64,000 bases of DNA from Fimbriimonadales bacterium (GTDB taxonomy: Bacteria; Armatimonadota; Fimbriimonadia; Fimbriimonadales; ATM1), in assembly GCA_041744215.1 (NCBI GenBank), contig JBGTLG010000030.1:32001-96000 (forward strand). The letters run 5' to 3'. The notes under the pieces were generated by a model, which worked only from the letters and a program-made list of their open reading frames with translations, was not told the origin of the DNA and made no database searches. Positions 38,510-48,611 of this stretch are shown in pieces. Within the stretch, counting starts at the first letter, position 1. Each line of letters starts with the position of its first letter. A program made the translations under genes and the position numbers.

Positions 38510-39486
38510 GCATCACCGGCCAGCACGGGCTCCGGCCCATGAGGGCCGCCGAGCAAGATGTTGTCTAGCGTTGCGATTGCGTAAGCTCGAAGGCTGGGAT
38601 CAGGGTCAGAGTCCGCCGCAGTGCGCAATGCCTGCCGGACCTTTTCTTGGTACCCAGGTAGCCATTCGCACAGGTGAATCATCCCATGAATGGCACTTCT
38701 ACGCCCGTAGGGCTGTTCACCGTGAAGCAAAACGTCAATCAGAACATCTCCGGCTCCCTCAGTAGCGACATGGTCTCCAAGCACGTCGCCTGCTTTGTAA
38801 ATGGTCCTAACGATGTCGTCCGGCGTCGTGCGCATCAGCACTCGGATTGCTTCAAGCGCTTCTTCAGCCTCTTGAGTAGTCCTACAAACATTCGGGAGGT
38901 CTTCGAAGATGTCCAGCGCACACCACTGCGCTGTGCGCCTGTATGGGTGTCCGTCTTCCCGAATGATCCGGATAAGGCAAGGCGTAAACAGGCCAGATGC
39001 CGCATGCGCGTCGATTTCTTGCATGGCCGTGTATGCGACATCTCGATCTTCGCAGAAGAGCAGACGAACGAGCGGGTCGGGGCTCAATTCGTTCAGGTGT
39101 CCGTCAAATCTCCTTGTAAGCCCGAGCGTCCTGCTGATCGCAAACTGCCGGCTAAAAAGCGGCTCAAGTTCCCGGCTCAGGTTTGAGAGCATTCCCTCCG
39201 TCGTAGCGCCCTTCGCTTCCGCCTTCAAAAGCTCGCACCGGCCAAAGACCCCAAATGGTGTCTCGGCGACGAGGACCTCGAACGCCTCGCCGTGCGTTTC
39301 GTATCGGAGCGATTGCCTAAACTCGGTCGGCTTCACGTTGTACTGTGCAGCGACGCTTTGCTTTGGCCAAATGAACTGCCGGCGATGACCCGGATTTACT
39401 GGTGGGACGGGCCCGCGGTTGCGGCCGCTCTCTGCCTCTAGAAACTCCTCAAGGCTCGCGCACAAGCTGTCCGGCGTCCAATCCAC
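38506..39486 (-). CDS. HEAT-repeat-like hypothetical protein
   Basis: Helical repeats ('RRSAIHG','DPDPSLRAYA'). GTG start 6 nt after CAAACT. Confidence 0.65.
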   Translation of the reverse strand: MDWTPDSLCASLEEFLEAESGRNRGPVPPVNPGHRRQFIWPKQSVAAQYNVKPTEFRQSLRYETHGEAFEVLVAETPFGVFGRCELLKAEAKGATTEGMLSNLSRELEPLFSRQFAISRTLGLTRRFDGHLNELSPDPLVRLLFCEDRDVAYTAMQEIDAHAASGLFTPCLIRIIREDGHPYRRTAQWCALDIFEDLPNVCRTTQEAEEALEAIRVLMRTTPDDIVRTIYKAGDVLGDHVATEGAGDVLIDVLLHGEQPYGRRSAIHGMIHLCEWLPGYQEKVRQALRTAADSDPDPSLRAYAIATLDNILLGGPHGPEPVLAGDA

Positions 39487-39553
39487 GAGAACAGTTTGGT
39501 CGGAATGGGGGCGAAAGGTCAAGCGCAAGGCCGAAGGTACAATCGGACAAGTT

Positions 39554-40132
39554 ATGTCGACAGAGAATGCACAGACCCCTCCGACTGACGCGGAGGACGT
39601 GCAATTCCCCAGTGAACTGGCCGATACGCTCAATGAACAGGCGACGGCCCGCGACACGGAAATGGCGGCCCTCCAAGATCGCGTCTCCCACCTGGAAGCG
39701 AAGTTAGCCGAGGCTCGGGACGGAATGCTCCGTGCCGTTGCGGATCTTCAAAACGTGCGCCGCCGGTCCGCGCAAGAATCGATACAGGCACGAGAAACTG
39801 CCGCGGGTGAAGTAGCCGCGAAGTTGCTACCAGTTCTTGATAACTTCGAGCGCACTCTGGCGGCTGCCGAGGCGGGCGCAAGCCTCGAATCCGTTCTGAA
39901 TGGCGTGACGTTAGTTGATCGACAGATCCGCGAAGCGCTTGAGCAACACCACGTACGGCCGATCGCGGCGTTGGGACACCCATTCGATCCAAACCTCCAC
40001 GAAGCCGTCATTGATGAGCACAGCCCGCATCCGGTCGGCACCGTCATCGGCGAGCTTGAGAAGGGCTACCTAATCGGCGACCGAGTCCTGCGCGCAGCGA
40101 AGGTGAAGGTGAGTAAGGGCGACACGGAATGA
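39554..40132 (+). CDS. grpE: nucleotide exchange factor GrpE
   Basis: 'LLPVLDNFER', 'FDPNLHEAV', 'KGYLIGDRVLRAAKV'. Confidence 0.95.
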   Translation: MSTENAQTPPTDAEDVQFPSELADTLNEQATARDTEMAALQDRVSHLEAKLAEARDGMLRAVADLQNVRRRSAQESIQARETAAGEVAAKLLPVLDNFERTLAAAEAGASLESVLNGVTLVDRQIREALEQHHVRPIAALGHPFDPNLHEAVIDEHSPHPVGTVIGELEKGYLIGDRVLRAAKVKVSKGDTE

Positions 40133-41496
40133 GCCTGTTCGGCACCGATGGGGTCCGTGGCGTCGCAAACGTACAATTGACTCCCGACTTCGCTCTGCGC
40201 CTTGGTTCGGCAGCCGGAACGTGGTGTCGGCAGACGAACGGAAGTCGCGTGGTGATCGGCATGGACACGCGCCGGAGCGGCTCAATGCTTTCCTCGGCGC
40301 TTGGGGCTGGTTTCTGTTCTGCTGGGATCAACGTCACCACGCTCGGCGTCGCGCCTACTCCAACTGTCTCTTTTGCTGCCCGTTGTGGGGGATACGATCT
40401 AGCTGCAGTCGTTTCTGCGAGTCACAACCCTGCTGAAGACAATGGGATCAAGTTTCTGGGACCTGATGGAGGCAAACTTTCAATTGACGACGAGCGCGAA
40501 ATTGAGCGGCTGGTCGGTGCTCCAACTTCAGCGACTGGAGCCGCAATAGGCAACATCGAAGCCGACGCTTCCTGGGCTGATCGATATGCGCTGTGGCTGT
40601 CCGAGCATTTGCCAGGTCGGCTTGACGGCCTAAGAGTAGCGGTGGACTGCGCTAACGGTGCAGCATATGCTGTCGCGCCGAAACTATTGGGGGGACTCGG
40701 TGCGCAGGTGAGCTGTGTGGGAACGCAACCAGATGGCGACAACATAAACGCAAGCTGTGGCGCCACGCATCCAAACGTGGTTTCGGAATTGACCCTCGCA
40801 AATAGTTGCGATATCGGCGTCTCGTTCGACGGCGACGCGGACCGCTGCGTGTTCTGTGATGAGGCCGGACGTCTCATCAATGGCGACCGGTTTATGGCCT
40901 ATTGGGCCCTTGACGCGCTAAAGAATGAACGCCTTGAGCCCCCGGTCGTGGTGGGAACCGTGATGAGCAACATGGGCTTTGAAGCGGCGCTGACCTCACA
41001 CGGAGTACGGTTCGAACGAACGTCGGTTGGCGATCGAAATGTAGCAGCACGGATGGATGAACTATCAGCAAAGATTGGTGGTGAGCAAAGCGGACATATA
41101 ATTTTGCGTGAGTTTGCACCCACGGGTGACGGGATGTTGACGATGATCGAGATGCTTCGTTTGCTACAGGCAGCTGGCTGTAAGGCATCAGAGTTGGAAC
41201 CTCGCTTCGAGAACTGGCCGCAGGTGATGGTCAATGTTCATGTTGACGCGACCGACGCGTGGGAGAAGGACGCCAACGTCAGCGACTCAATCCAAGCGGC
41301 TAGACGAAAGCTCGGCGAAAACGGACGAATTGTGGTGAGGGCAAGCGGTACGCAACCGATGGTCAGAGTGATGGTTGAGGCTACAAGCTCTAAAGACCGG
41401 GACGAAGCCCTGGAGCTTATTGTGGACACCCTCGCGCGCGAGCTCGGCGGAAAACCGGGAAGGAGGATCGAGCTTACTCATGCTCTTGGCGATTGA
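40129..41496 (+). CDS. glmM: phosphoglucosamine mutase
   Basis: 'FGTDGVRG', 'SASHNP', 'FDGDADR', 'GGEQSGH'. Confidence 0.95.
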   Translation: MSLFGTDGVRGVANVQLTPDFALRLGSAAGTWCRQTNGSRVVIGMDTRRSGSMLSSALGAGFCSAGINVTTLGVAPTPTVSFAARCGGYDLAAVVSASHNPAEDNGIKFLGPDGGKLSIDDEREIERLVGAPTSATGAAIGNIEADASWADRYALWLSEHLPGRLDGLRVAVDCANGAAYAVAPKLLGGLGAQVSCVGTQPDGDNINASCGATHPNVVSELTLANSCDIGVSFDGDADRCVFCDEAGRLINGDRFMAYWALDALKNERLEPPVVVGTVMSNMGFEAALTSHGVRFERTSVGDRNVAARMDELSAKIGGEQSGHIILREFAPTGDGMLTMIEMLRLLQAAGCKASELEPRFENWPQVMVNVHVDATDAWEKDANVSDSIQAARRKLGENGRIVVRASGTQPMVRVMVEATSSKDRDEALELIVDTLARELGGKPGRRIELTHALGD

Positions 41497-42241
41497 TGTT
41501 GGCAACACGCATACGGTTGTCGGAAGATTTGATGGCGCCAACTGGTCATCGGTCTGGAGGCTCCCCACGCAGGCGGAACTGACTGAAGACTTTCTCGCGG
41601 CTACATACTTTTCACTTTGCCGCGAGAGTGGACTTGACCCAATTCCCAAAGCAGCCATTTGCGCGAGTGTCGTCCCCGCGCTAAACGAACCACTGCGCCT
41701 CTTTGCAGAACGACATTTACACACGTCAATGGTGTTCGTCGCATTTGATACCATCTCAGATCTCGTTGTTAACTACCGCCCGCCCTCTGCAGTTGGCGCT
41801 GACAGGATCGCGAATGCAGTATCTGCGCTTCGTAAGTATGGTGCGCCTTGCATCATCGTTGACTTTGGAACCGCAACCACGTTTGACGTCATTTCAGCCA
41901 AAGGCGCTTATGAAGGGGGCACCATTCTCCCCGGTGTTGAGTTGTCGCTGGGCGCACTCTCATCTCGCGCCGCAAAGTTACCAACAGTGGAACTCACTGC
42001 GCCCGTTTCGGTGATCGGTCGGGACACAGTGAGCAGCATACAGTCAGGCTTCATATACGGCTACGCTGGCGCGATAGACAGTCTCGCAACTCGCATCCGT
42101 GCTGAGCTTGGCGCCGATGCCAAAGTCATTGCGACAGGCGGCTTAGCGGCAATGTTTTCAAAGCACTGCGCGATGATTGATGCGGTGGACACTAATCTTA
42201 CGTTAGATGGCCTTCGCTTCATCGCAGAGACGCTGCCCTAA
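41480..42241 (+). CDS. coaX: type III pantothenate kinase
   Basis: 'AIDVGNT', 'GADR', 'VDFGTATT', 'ATGG', 'LTLDGL'. Confidence 0.95.
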   Translation: MLLAIDVGNTHTVVGRFDGANWSSVWRLPTQAELTEDFLAATYFSLCRESGLDPIPKAAICASVVPALNEPLRLFAERHLHTSMVFVAFDTISDLVVNYRPPSAVGADRIANAVSALRKYGAPCIIVDFGTATTFDVISAKGAYEGGTILPGVELSLGALSSRAAKLPTVELTAPVSVIGRDTVSSIQSGFIYGYAGAIDSLATRIRAELGADAKVIATGGLAAMFSKHCAMIDAVDTNLTLDGLRFIAETLP

Positions 42242-43092
42242 TGATCTGGTTGGCATATTCCTGTTAGTATTTCGCGGACCCCATCCCGTCCACTTCTTTT
42301 GCTTCTTCCGGCAAGATAGGCACACCCCATGCTGAATTGGACACCGCTCTCGCCGCTATATCGAATTGCCTTAGCCACTTTCCCTGCGAGAATCCAATCC
42401 GCATACTCCTCGGCCCTATCTCCGGCCAGTATTACTTGCGCAGCTTCTCGCACAACCGTGTTGATAGGTTGGAGTAGCAGGCGGTCTGAATAGTCTACCG
42501 TTGCTTCGAGATCGTAAAGGTACACAACATCTCGAAGAATGGTGCTCGCTGTTTTCGGGCCCAACGTTCGAATCTGCACAAGCCTATCGAATGCTGATTC
42601 GCATCGGTGCGTTTCGCTAATCTCGTTGCGTAACCACTCAACAATGTTGGCGTGGCCGAACTCCTCGTGAATCTCAAAGCCGAGGCCAGCTATACCTTCT
42701 ATCACCGGTCTATTCGACTGCTCTAGGCTTCGTCTGCCTTCGTCCGCACAGATTTCTTCATAGCTCAACCATAACGACTCCGAGTCACAAGACGCCATGA
42801 ACTCCATGAAGTCGCTTCCTTCTATGGTGCGATCGAGCGCACGCAGCATCATTCTTGACAAGACATCTCTGTCTTGCCCGCGTCGAAAGATAGCATAGTG
42901 GCCAAGCAACAACCGTAACGCGTTTTCAGGGGAAATCAATGCTTCGCGCACCGCCCCAGGGGTCAGTGCGTGCGCACGCACTACCCGTGAAGCCGTGGGA
43001 ATCAGTATTTCTGACGCGTACTTATCAGCCGGCCAACTCGCGAGTGTTTGAATCAGTCGTTTCGCGCGCGAATCAAGTATGCCAGGCTGCAC
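42238..43092 (-). CDS. hypothetical protein with helix-hairpin-helix motif
   Basis: 'LVQIRTLGPKTASTILRD'. Start uncertain. Confidence 0.55.
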   Translation of the reverse strand: MQPGILDSRAKRLIQTLASWPADKYASEILIPTASRVVRAHALTPGAVREALISPENALRLLLGHYAIFRRGQDRDVLSRMMLRALDRTIEGSDFMEFMASCDSESLWLSYEEICADEGRRSLEQSNRPVIEGIAGLGFEIHEEFGHANIVEWLRNEISETHRCESAFDRLVQIRTLGPKTASTILRDVVYLYDLEATVDYSDRLLLQPINTVVREAAQVILAGDRAEEYADWILAGKVAKAIRYSGESGVQFSMGCAYLAGRSKRSGRDGVREILTGICQPDH

Positions 43093-43101
43093 TTACTCCA
43101 A

Positions 43102-44376
43102 TCAGAACCTCGATGTGCTTGCCAAACCAACATAGATTGGCAGCGTCGGAGTTTGCGAACCGCCTCCCGCCGCCCCTCGTCGGACGACATCAAAGACCAT
43201 CCAAGCAAACTCCCCAATGGCGATTCGATTGTTACGCATCTGCGCAAGCGTGTTCACAAAGCCAACAGTATAGGCGCCATGAACACTGTTCTCATGCACT
43301 GTGGAGTTGCACGTTTCGCCAGGAGCCGCGCCCATAGATTGAGCAATCTTTCCTACCTGCGGGATGTCGCCACCAAAAACTCGACCGTCAGGGTTGAGCT
43401 TCCGATCCACCTGATAAAATGTAAAGATGTTCGCCCCCTTCGGAACGAACTGAGCGTATAGGTCGTGCTTCGAGGCCCAGCCACCATCTGCAAACCCAAC
43501 TCGATCACGACCGCTTTCGTCATTCTGCACGGGTCCTGTGTAGTAAATCAGGACTGTTCCCCCGTCGGGCATGGCGTCTGCAAGAGTCTTTGCAGCAGTA
43601 GAGAACTGCGCGCTTGTAGGATTCTTTAGTGTCGTGACATTCTCTTCTGCGTAACCTGCATGCCGGACGAGTGCGTCCTTAAGCAAGTCAACATCAGCTG
43701 TGGCATACGCATGGCTGCCTTCACCAACGCCGATGATTAAGGCGAATTTGTAATCCAGCGCGGGAACGATGCCGAAGGGATTGTCAAGACCCGGAAGCGC
43801 CATTCCGACCGTGTCAATGTTTCCCGTCCCTCGCAGGACTCCGCTGAGAACTCTCATGTCCTCGTAATCAATCACGTCTCGGTCAACCTTGAATGATCGA
43901 GCAGGATCGATTTGTTGGAGCCTCTCCTGAACCACAGCGGCTTCTTGCGCTCGGTTGTCGGCCGCAAGCGCCGCTGCCAAAAAGAGCATCGATTCGATAC
44001 TCTCCTGACCCTTTGCGGTGAGACTACGGAACTCTTCAATCGACTTAGCCAGAAGATCTTTCCGCTCCGTCGGGTTTGCTGCGTTTGCTGCCATTTTGAA
44101 TGCGCTATAGGCTGCCGCAAAGTTTGGTGAGTAGGCTGCCCCGTCTCTCCATGGGCGTCTGTTGGTGATACTTGTGCCGATCTGGCTGGGGCGATCGGAG
44201 TCGGCGGCTCTGTCACTTATTGCGTCGAGGAAAAACTGGCGCGCGCCAGCCCAGTTGCTTTTTCGCGACTCCGCGAGGCCCTTCTCATATGCGACGCTCC
44301 ACTTGTCTGCGAGAGCCGTCGAAGCAAGAATTGTGCCGAGGAAAACCAGAGTTATCGTTAGTGACCGTCTTGACAT
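43102..44376 (-). CDS. secreted TPR + caspase-like (C14) domain protein, apparently catalytically degenerate
   Basis: Signal, TPR helices, 'KFALIIG', 'VLIYYTGP' in place of 'YxGHG', 'HGAYT', 'QTP'. Confidence 0.65.
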   Translation of the reverse strand: MSRRSLTITLVFLGTILASTALADKWSVAYEKGLAESRKSNWAGARQFFLDAISDRAADSDRPSQIGTSITNRRPWRDGAAYSPNFAAAYSAFKMAANAANPTERKDLLAKSIEEFRSLTAKGQESIESMLFLAAALAADNRAQEAAVVQERLQQIDPARSFKVDRDVIDYEDMRVLSGVLRGTGNIDTVGMALPGLDNPFGIVPALDYKFALIIGVGEGSHAYATADVDLLKDALVRHAGYAEENVTTLKNPTSAQFSTAAKTLADAMPDGGTVLIYYTGPVQNDESGRDRVGFADGGWASKHDLYAQFVPKGANIFTFYQVDRKLNPDGRVFGGDIPQVGKIAQSMGAAPGETCNSTVHENSVHGAYTVGFVNTLAQMRNNRIAIGEFAWMVFDVVRRGAAGGGSQTPTLPIYVGLASTSRF

Positions 44377-44382
44377 ATCGCT

Positions 44383-45519
44383 TTATCTCCCTCCAAGCAA
44401 GAAAGACATTGAAACCGTGAAGTCTGGTCGGCCCTGTCCACTGGCAGCGGCAAATCCCAAATCGACAGAGTAGTCTTCTTTGGTGGGCCTGTAACCCAGG
44501 CCAAATGTTAGGACATCTCGGCTTGCGAAGTTGGTACCGCCCTTGTCTGTGATTCGGAAACCGAGGCGGACAGGGATGTAGCCAAAACCATGCGCCCAGT
44601 TGTACTCAAAGCCCAGGCCTGCTGCGATCTGACTACTTCGCGACAGGATCTTTCCCCCGTTCGCTGGAAAGAAATACATCGCATCGACTCCGCCTATCAA
44701 GTAGTCGCGGCCGCCCCTCAAGTTGTCGGCACGCCAGACGACGCCTCCCTGCAGCCGAGCCGGAATTGCGCTCGCGAAAGCGTCCACTTCACCCATACCC
44801 ATGAGTCTTATCTCGCTACGATAGCTAAACCCAAACTGGACGTTCGACTTTTCTTGGGGCGCGAACTGTACACCAACGATCCCACCGATGCCCCAACCGC
44901 TACCGCTGACATCGACATCTTCTAGAACGGTGTTGTTTTGATCTTGGGAGAACACTCGATTCGAGATCGCTTGATTCGCGATAACAATCCCGCCACCGAA
45001 GTTAACACGACCGTTGCTCTTGCCGTATGCGATCGTGAAGAAGTCAGTGGAGGACCTCAGGAGTTCGTTCTTCGTGATGGTTTGACCAGGATTATCCGGG
45101 TTGGTCAGGTTGCTGCCGCTGCCAAAATCGCGGAGGTGTCCGCCCAGCGCGTAGCTGACGCCAAGCGTGCCGCCCGCCATCGGCATTACGATGCCCGCAA
45201 ACGTGATTCCGGATCCGCCATAAGCACTTGTCGATGATCGATCCGGTGCGTCATAACGCCCCGTGAGCGACGTTGTAGCGTCCGGCCGGTTTCTAAAGTT
45301 GATCTCTGCACGGGAGTCCTTAATCGCGCCGAGTCCCGCGGGGTTCCAGAATGTGGAACTGACGTCGGAAGAGTTTGAGTAGATCGCCCCACCCATACCG
45401 AGGGCTCGTCCTCCCATCTCAAAAGCAGTGAACAAGTCAGGTACGTCGGCAAAGGCGACGCCGGTCAATGTCGCAACGACTGCAACCGATGCCGGTCGCT
45501 TCCATGCATGAGTTTTCAT
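44383..45519 (-). CDS. PorV/FadL-like outer-membrane beta-barrel
   Basis: 'GGRALGMGGA..SSDVSSTFWNPAGL' plug motif, amphipathic strands, 'VRLGF..LTFGLGY'. Confidence 0.75.
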   Translation of the reverse strand: MKTHAWKRPASVAVVATLTGVAFADVPDLFTAFEMGGRALGMGGAIYSNSSDVSSTFWNPAGLGAIKDSRAEINFRNRPDATTSLTGRYDAPDRSSTSAYGGSGITFAGIVMPMAGGTLGVSYALGGHLRDFGSGSNLTNPDNPGQTITKNELLRSSTDFFTIAYGKSNGRVNFGGGIVIANQAISNRVFSQDQNNTVLEDVDVSGSGWGIGGIVGVQFAPQEKSNVQFGFSYRSEIRLMGMGEVDAFASAIPARLQGGVVWRADNLRGGRDYLIGGVDAMYFFPANGGKILSRSSQIAAGLGFEYNWAHGFGYIPVRLGFRITDKGGTNFASRDVLTFGLGYRPTKEDYSVDLGFAAASGQGRPDFTVSMSFLLGGR

Positions 45520-45558
45520 CCTCTTAGTTTTTCCTTCCCTGAGATTGATGTGATTGAC

Positions 45559-46581
45559 TTATCGCAACCATGGTAGCAATGGCCGCGACGTGCTACGCGC
45601 GCGGCTGGTGGTCAGAGGGACTTCCTGCGTAGTGGCCGGGTTGCCAGCCTTATCCACACAAGAGATCACCAATTTGAAATCAGTAACGCCTCCAGGCAAT
45701 ATCACTCTGACGAGACCCGTCCACCGCGAAGTTGTCGTGTTTCGCTCTGTGTAGCTAATGCGACTCACACGTTTTATGAACTGTCCGCCCATCGTCCGCA
45801 ACTCGACGATGATCGCACCGATGTCAACGGAGTCAGGTGCTGAGTCGATAACGTCGAACGAGACTCCCATCTGACCATTGGGAACAACCAGTTGATTCGC
45901 TCGTGGGAACAGCACAAGGAGCTCCGGTGAAGCACGATCCAAGATGACCTTTATCTCTTTCGTTTCCGAGTTTCCAGCGAGGTCCTTAGCAGTAATCTTG
46001 ATTGTTTGTTCGCCGTCTTGCTCAATGTTCGATGGATCCCAGATTACGGACACGTTGTTCCCGCCACCAGTATTGTTGGGGATGTCCTCGTCATTGACCG
46101 TCACGCGCCACTCTTCCATGTTCAATTCTTGGATGAGTGCGGTTATCGTCAGAGGGCTGGCATTGATGAATGAGTTGGTTGCAGGCGAGAAGTCGACAAT
46201 TTCGGGTTTGCTGGTGTCCAGCGTCACTTGCAGTGTGATGGGCGGTAACGGCGTGCCTCCATGGGTGGAGGTTATCGTGACGTCATAAAGTCCCTCGGGG
46301 AATGAAGTGCCGGGATTCCAAGTGGCAGAACCCTCGCCATTACCCTCTGCATTTGGCTCAATCTGAACCACAGGCAGGGTAGTAGATGGGTTGCCCCCCG
46401 GATTCTTCTCGATTTTGACCGTAACGCGAACTTGCTGGCTTGCTCCGGTCACGCGGAGGCGGAAAGTGTTAGACGTGCCAACGAATTCACCGTCGATCGG
46501 GCTGGTCAACGTCAAGGTCTGAGCGAATCCCGACGCAGTGAAGGCGGCTAAGACCATAGTTAAAAGCAATTTTCTGATCAT
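45559..46581 (-). CDS. secreted protein with tandem bacterial Ig-like domains
   Basis: Signal. 'LTSPIDG', 'LDTSKP', 'TAKDLAGN', 'CVDKAGN'. Confidence 0.75.
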   Translation of the reverse strand: MIRKLLLTMVLAAFTASGFAQTLTLTSPIDGEFVGTSNTFRLRVTGASQQVRVTVKIEKNPGGNPSTTLPVVQIEPNAEGNGEGSATWNPGTSFPEGLYDVTITSTHGGTPLPPITLQVTLDTSKPEIVDFSPATNSFINASPLTITALIQELNMEEWRVTVNDEDIPNNTGGGNNVSVIWDPSNIEQDGEQTIKITAKDLAGNSETKEIKVILDRASPELLVLFPRANQLVVPNGQMGVSFDVIDSAPDSVDIGAIIVELRTMGGQFIKRVSRISYTERNTTTSRWTGLVRVILPGGVTDFKLVISCVDKAGNPATTQEVPLTTSRARSTSRPLLPWLR

Positions 46582-46646
46582 CTGATTCACCTTGAGCCCC
46601 GACCGCAGGGGCGCCTCTGTATACGCCAAAAGCGTCCAGTTCTCTA

Positions 46647-47480
46647 CTATGGACGGACAGCGGCGCGGTTTGATTGTTCCGAATTATGCACCAAGAAGCG
46701 CACAAACTCGTGGACTCCCCCGGAATCGTGCCGGGCTACGATCCGATCTGCCTCAGCCTGAACCTCGGGCGGGGCGTTCGCCACGGCCGCCGAGAACGCT
46801 GCCCAGCGGAGCATGGGGATGTCATTGTGGTAGTCCCCGATCGCGGCCGTTTGGCTCCTCAGAACCCCGAGATGCCCTGCTACAGCCGCCAAACCCGTGC
46901 CCTTGTCGGAGGAGGACCCGATCAGCTCAAGGTACTCGGGCTCGGATCGAACCACAGAAACCCCTTTATCAGCAAAGATGGCAGCTGCCTCCAGCGATAG
47001 ATCTTTTGCCTGAGAAGGTGCGGCCATGGCAATGACCTTGTGAGCGGAGGAAGCCAGCATCTCCTCACGCGTGGCGACCCGATGCTCGGCGCGACGCACC
47101 CGCCCAAGGTAGATCTCTGTCCAAGCGTTCGACTCCGGTATGAGAATCTCGTTGTCTTTATAAATGTGGGCGTGGACCCCGTTGTCCCAAAAGAAGCGAA
47201 GTGCTCGCTGGACGATAGCTGCCGGAAGGCGCGATTCGGTTATCACGCGACCGTACCTAGAGACTACGTACGCTCCGTTACACGAGATCAGAGGAGTATC
47301 CAACCCAAGTTCCTCCGCGTACTGGAGCATTCCACTAGCAACTCGTCCGCTCGCCAGCACGACTTGGATGCCGGCGGCTAGGGCGATGTTCACCGCTTCA
47401 GCAGAGTCTGGTGGGATCGATCGGTCAGAGTCAAGGAGCGTGAAATCAAGATCGACGGCGAGCAAGCGAACTGCGGACAC
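46647..47480 (-). CDS. Cof-type HAD hydrolase
   Basis: 'DLDFTLL', 'ASGR', 'CNGA', 'IGDYHNDIPML'. Confidence 0.92.
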   Translation of the reverse strand: MSAVRLLAVDLDFTLLDSDRSIPPDSAEAVNIALAAGIQVVLASGRVASGMLQYAEELGLDTPLISCNGAYVVSRYGRVITESRLPAAIVQRALRFFWDNGVHAHIYKDNEILIPESNAWTEIYLGRVRRAEHRVATREEMLASSAHKVIAMAAPSQAKDLSLEAAAIFADKGVSVVRSEPEYLELIGSSSDKGTGLAAVAGHLGVLRSQTAAIGDYHNDIPMLRWAAFSAAVANAPPEVQAEADRIVARHDSGGVHEFVRFLVHNSEQSNRAAVRP

Positions 47481-48601
47481 TAAACGGTTGCACGCTCTTC
47501 GGCAAAGTGCATCGCGACGTCGGCTGCGTATTCGACCTGTTCCGTTGTTAGATGAGCCTGAATCGGCAGTGAAAGGACCTCCTTGCACGCACGCTCGGAT
47601 TCTGGGAAGTCCCCTTCACGATAGCCCAGGTAAGTGTACGCTGGTTGAACATGCAAAGGCATCGGGTAGTACACAGCTGACGCAACTCCGTGCTCGCGCA
47701 GATATGCCATGAATGCGTCCCGATTCGAATGCCTGACCGTGTACTGGTGGTAGGTATGGTAGGTCGTTTTCGGCTGTACTCTCGGAGTCCGTATCTGAGA
47801 GTCTTCAAGCCGCTTGCTGTAAATGTCTGCATGCGCGTTGCGTAACTCATTCCATTGCGCCAGCTTCTGGAACTTGCACCTTAGGACTGCCGCTTGAATT
47901 TCGTCGAGCCTGCTCGTGTGCCCGATATAGTCATAGTGATACTGTTGTCGTCCCATTCCATGGACGCGCAAACTCCTCGCCCTCTCTGCGACGCCATCGT
48001 CATTGGTGATTAGCATTCCAGCGTCACCTGCCGCACCCAAATTCTTTGTCGGAAAGAAACTCAAAGCAGCGGCTCTACCCCAAGATCCACACGGCAGTCT
48101 GTTGCGTGTGCTGCCAATCGCCTGGGCGGCATCTTCCAACACCGAGAGGTTATTGTTCGCAGCGATCTCCATAATCGCTTCCATTTCGGCCATTTGTCCA
48201 AAGAGATGGATCGGCAGAATAGCTTTCGTCTTGCCTGTGATCGCACCTTTTAGGCGACTCACGTCCATGTTGAATGTGTGCGGATCGATATCAACGAACA
48301 CCGGGCGGCCGCCGTTCTGAATGATGGCCTCAATTGTCGCCACAAACGTGAATGGCGTCGTAATCACCTCGTCGCCTGACTGAATGCCCATCGCCTGCAA
48401 GCCAATTTTTAGGGCATCAGTGCCACTATTCATGGCGACGCCGTACTTCACGCCGCAAGACGCGGCGATCTCCTCTTCCAAAAGCCGCACGTTGTCTGCA
48501 GATGCGTACATCCCGCTCTCAAGAACTCCGAGAACTGCAGCGTCGATTTCCTCTTTGAGTTCCTGATACTGTGATTTGAGGTCTACGAGTGGTACTTTCA
48601 C
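47480..48601 (-). CDS. DegT/DnrJ/EryC1/StrS aminotransferase
   Basis: 'SGTDAL', 'EDAAQAIG', 'SFFPTKNLGAAGDAG', 'SRLDEIQAA'. SD AAGGAG before GTG. Confidence 0.94.
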   Translation of the reverse strand: MKVPLVDLKSQYQELKEEIDAAVLGVLESGMYASADNVRLLEEEIAASCGVKYGVAMNSGTDALKIGLQAMGIQSGDEVITTPFTFVATIEAIIQNGGRPVFVDIDPHTFNMDVSRLKGAITGKTKAILPIHLFGQMAEMEAIMEIAANNNLSVLEDAAQAIGSTRNRLPCGSWGRAAALSFFPTKNLGAAGDAGMLITNDDGVAERARSLRVHGMGRQQYHYDYIGHTSRLDEIQAAVLRCKFQKLAQWNELRNAHADIYSKRLEDSQIRTPRVQPKTTYHTYHQYTVRHSNRDAFMAYLREHGVASAVYYPMPLHVQPAYTYLGYREGDFPESERACKEVLSLPIQAHLTTEQVEYAADVAMHFAEERATV

Positions 48602-48611
48602 TTTGGTCTCC

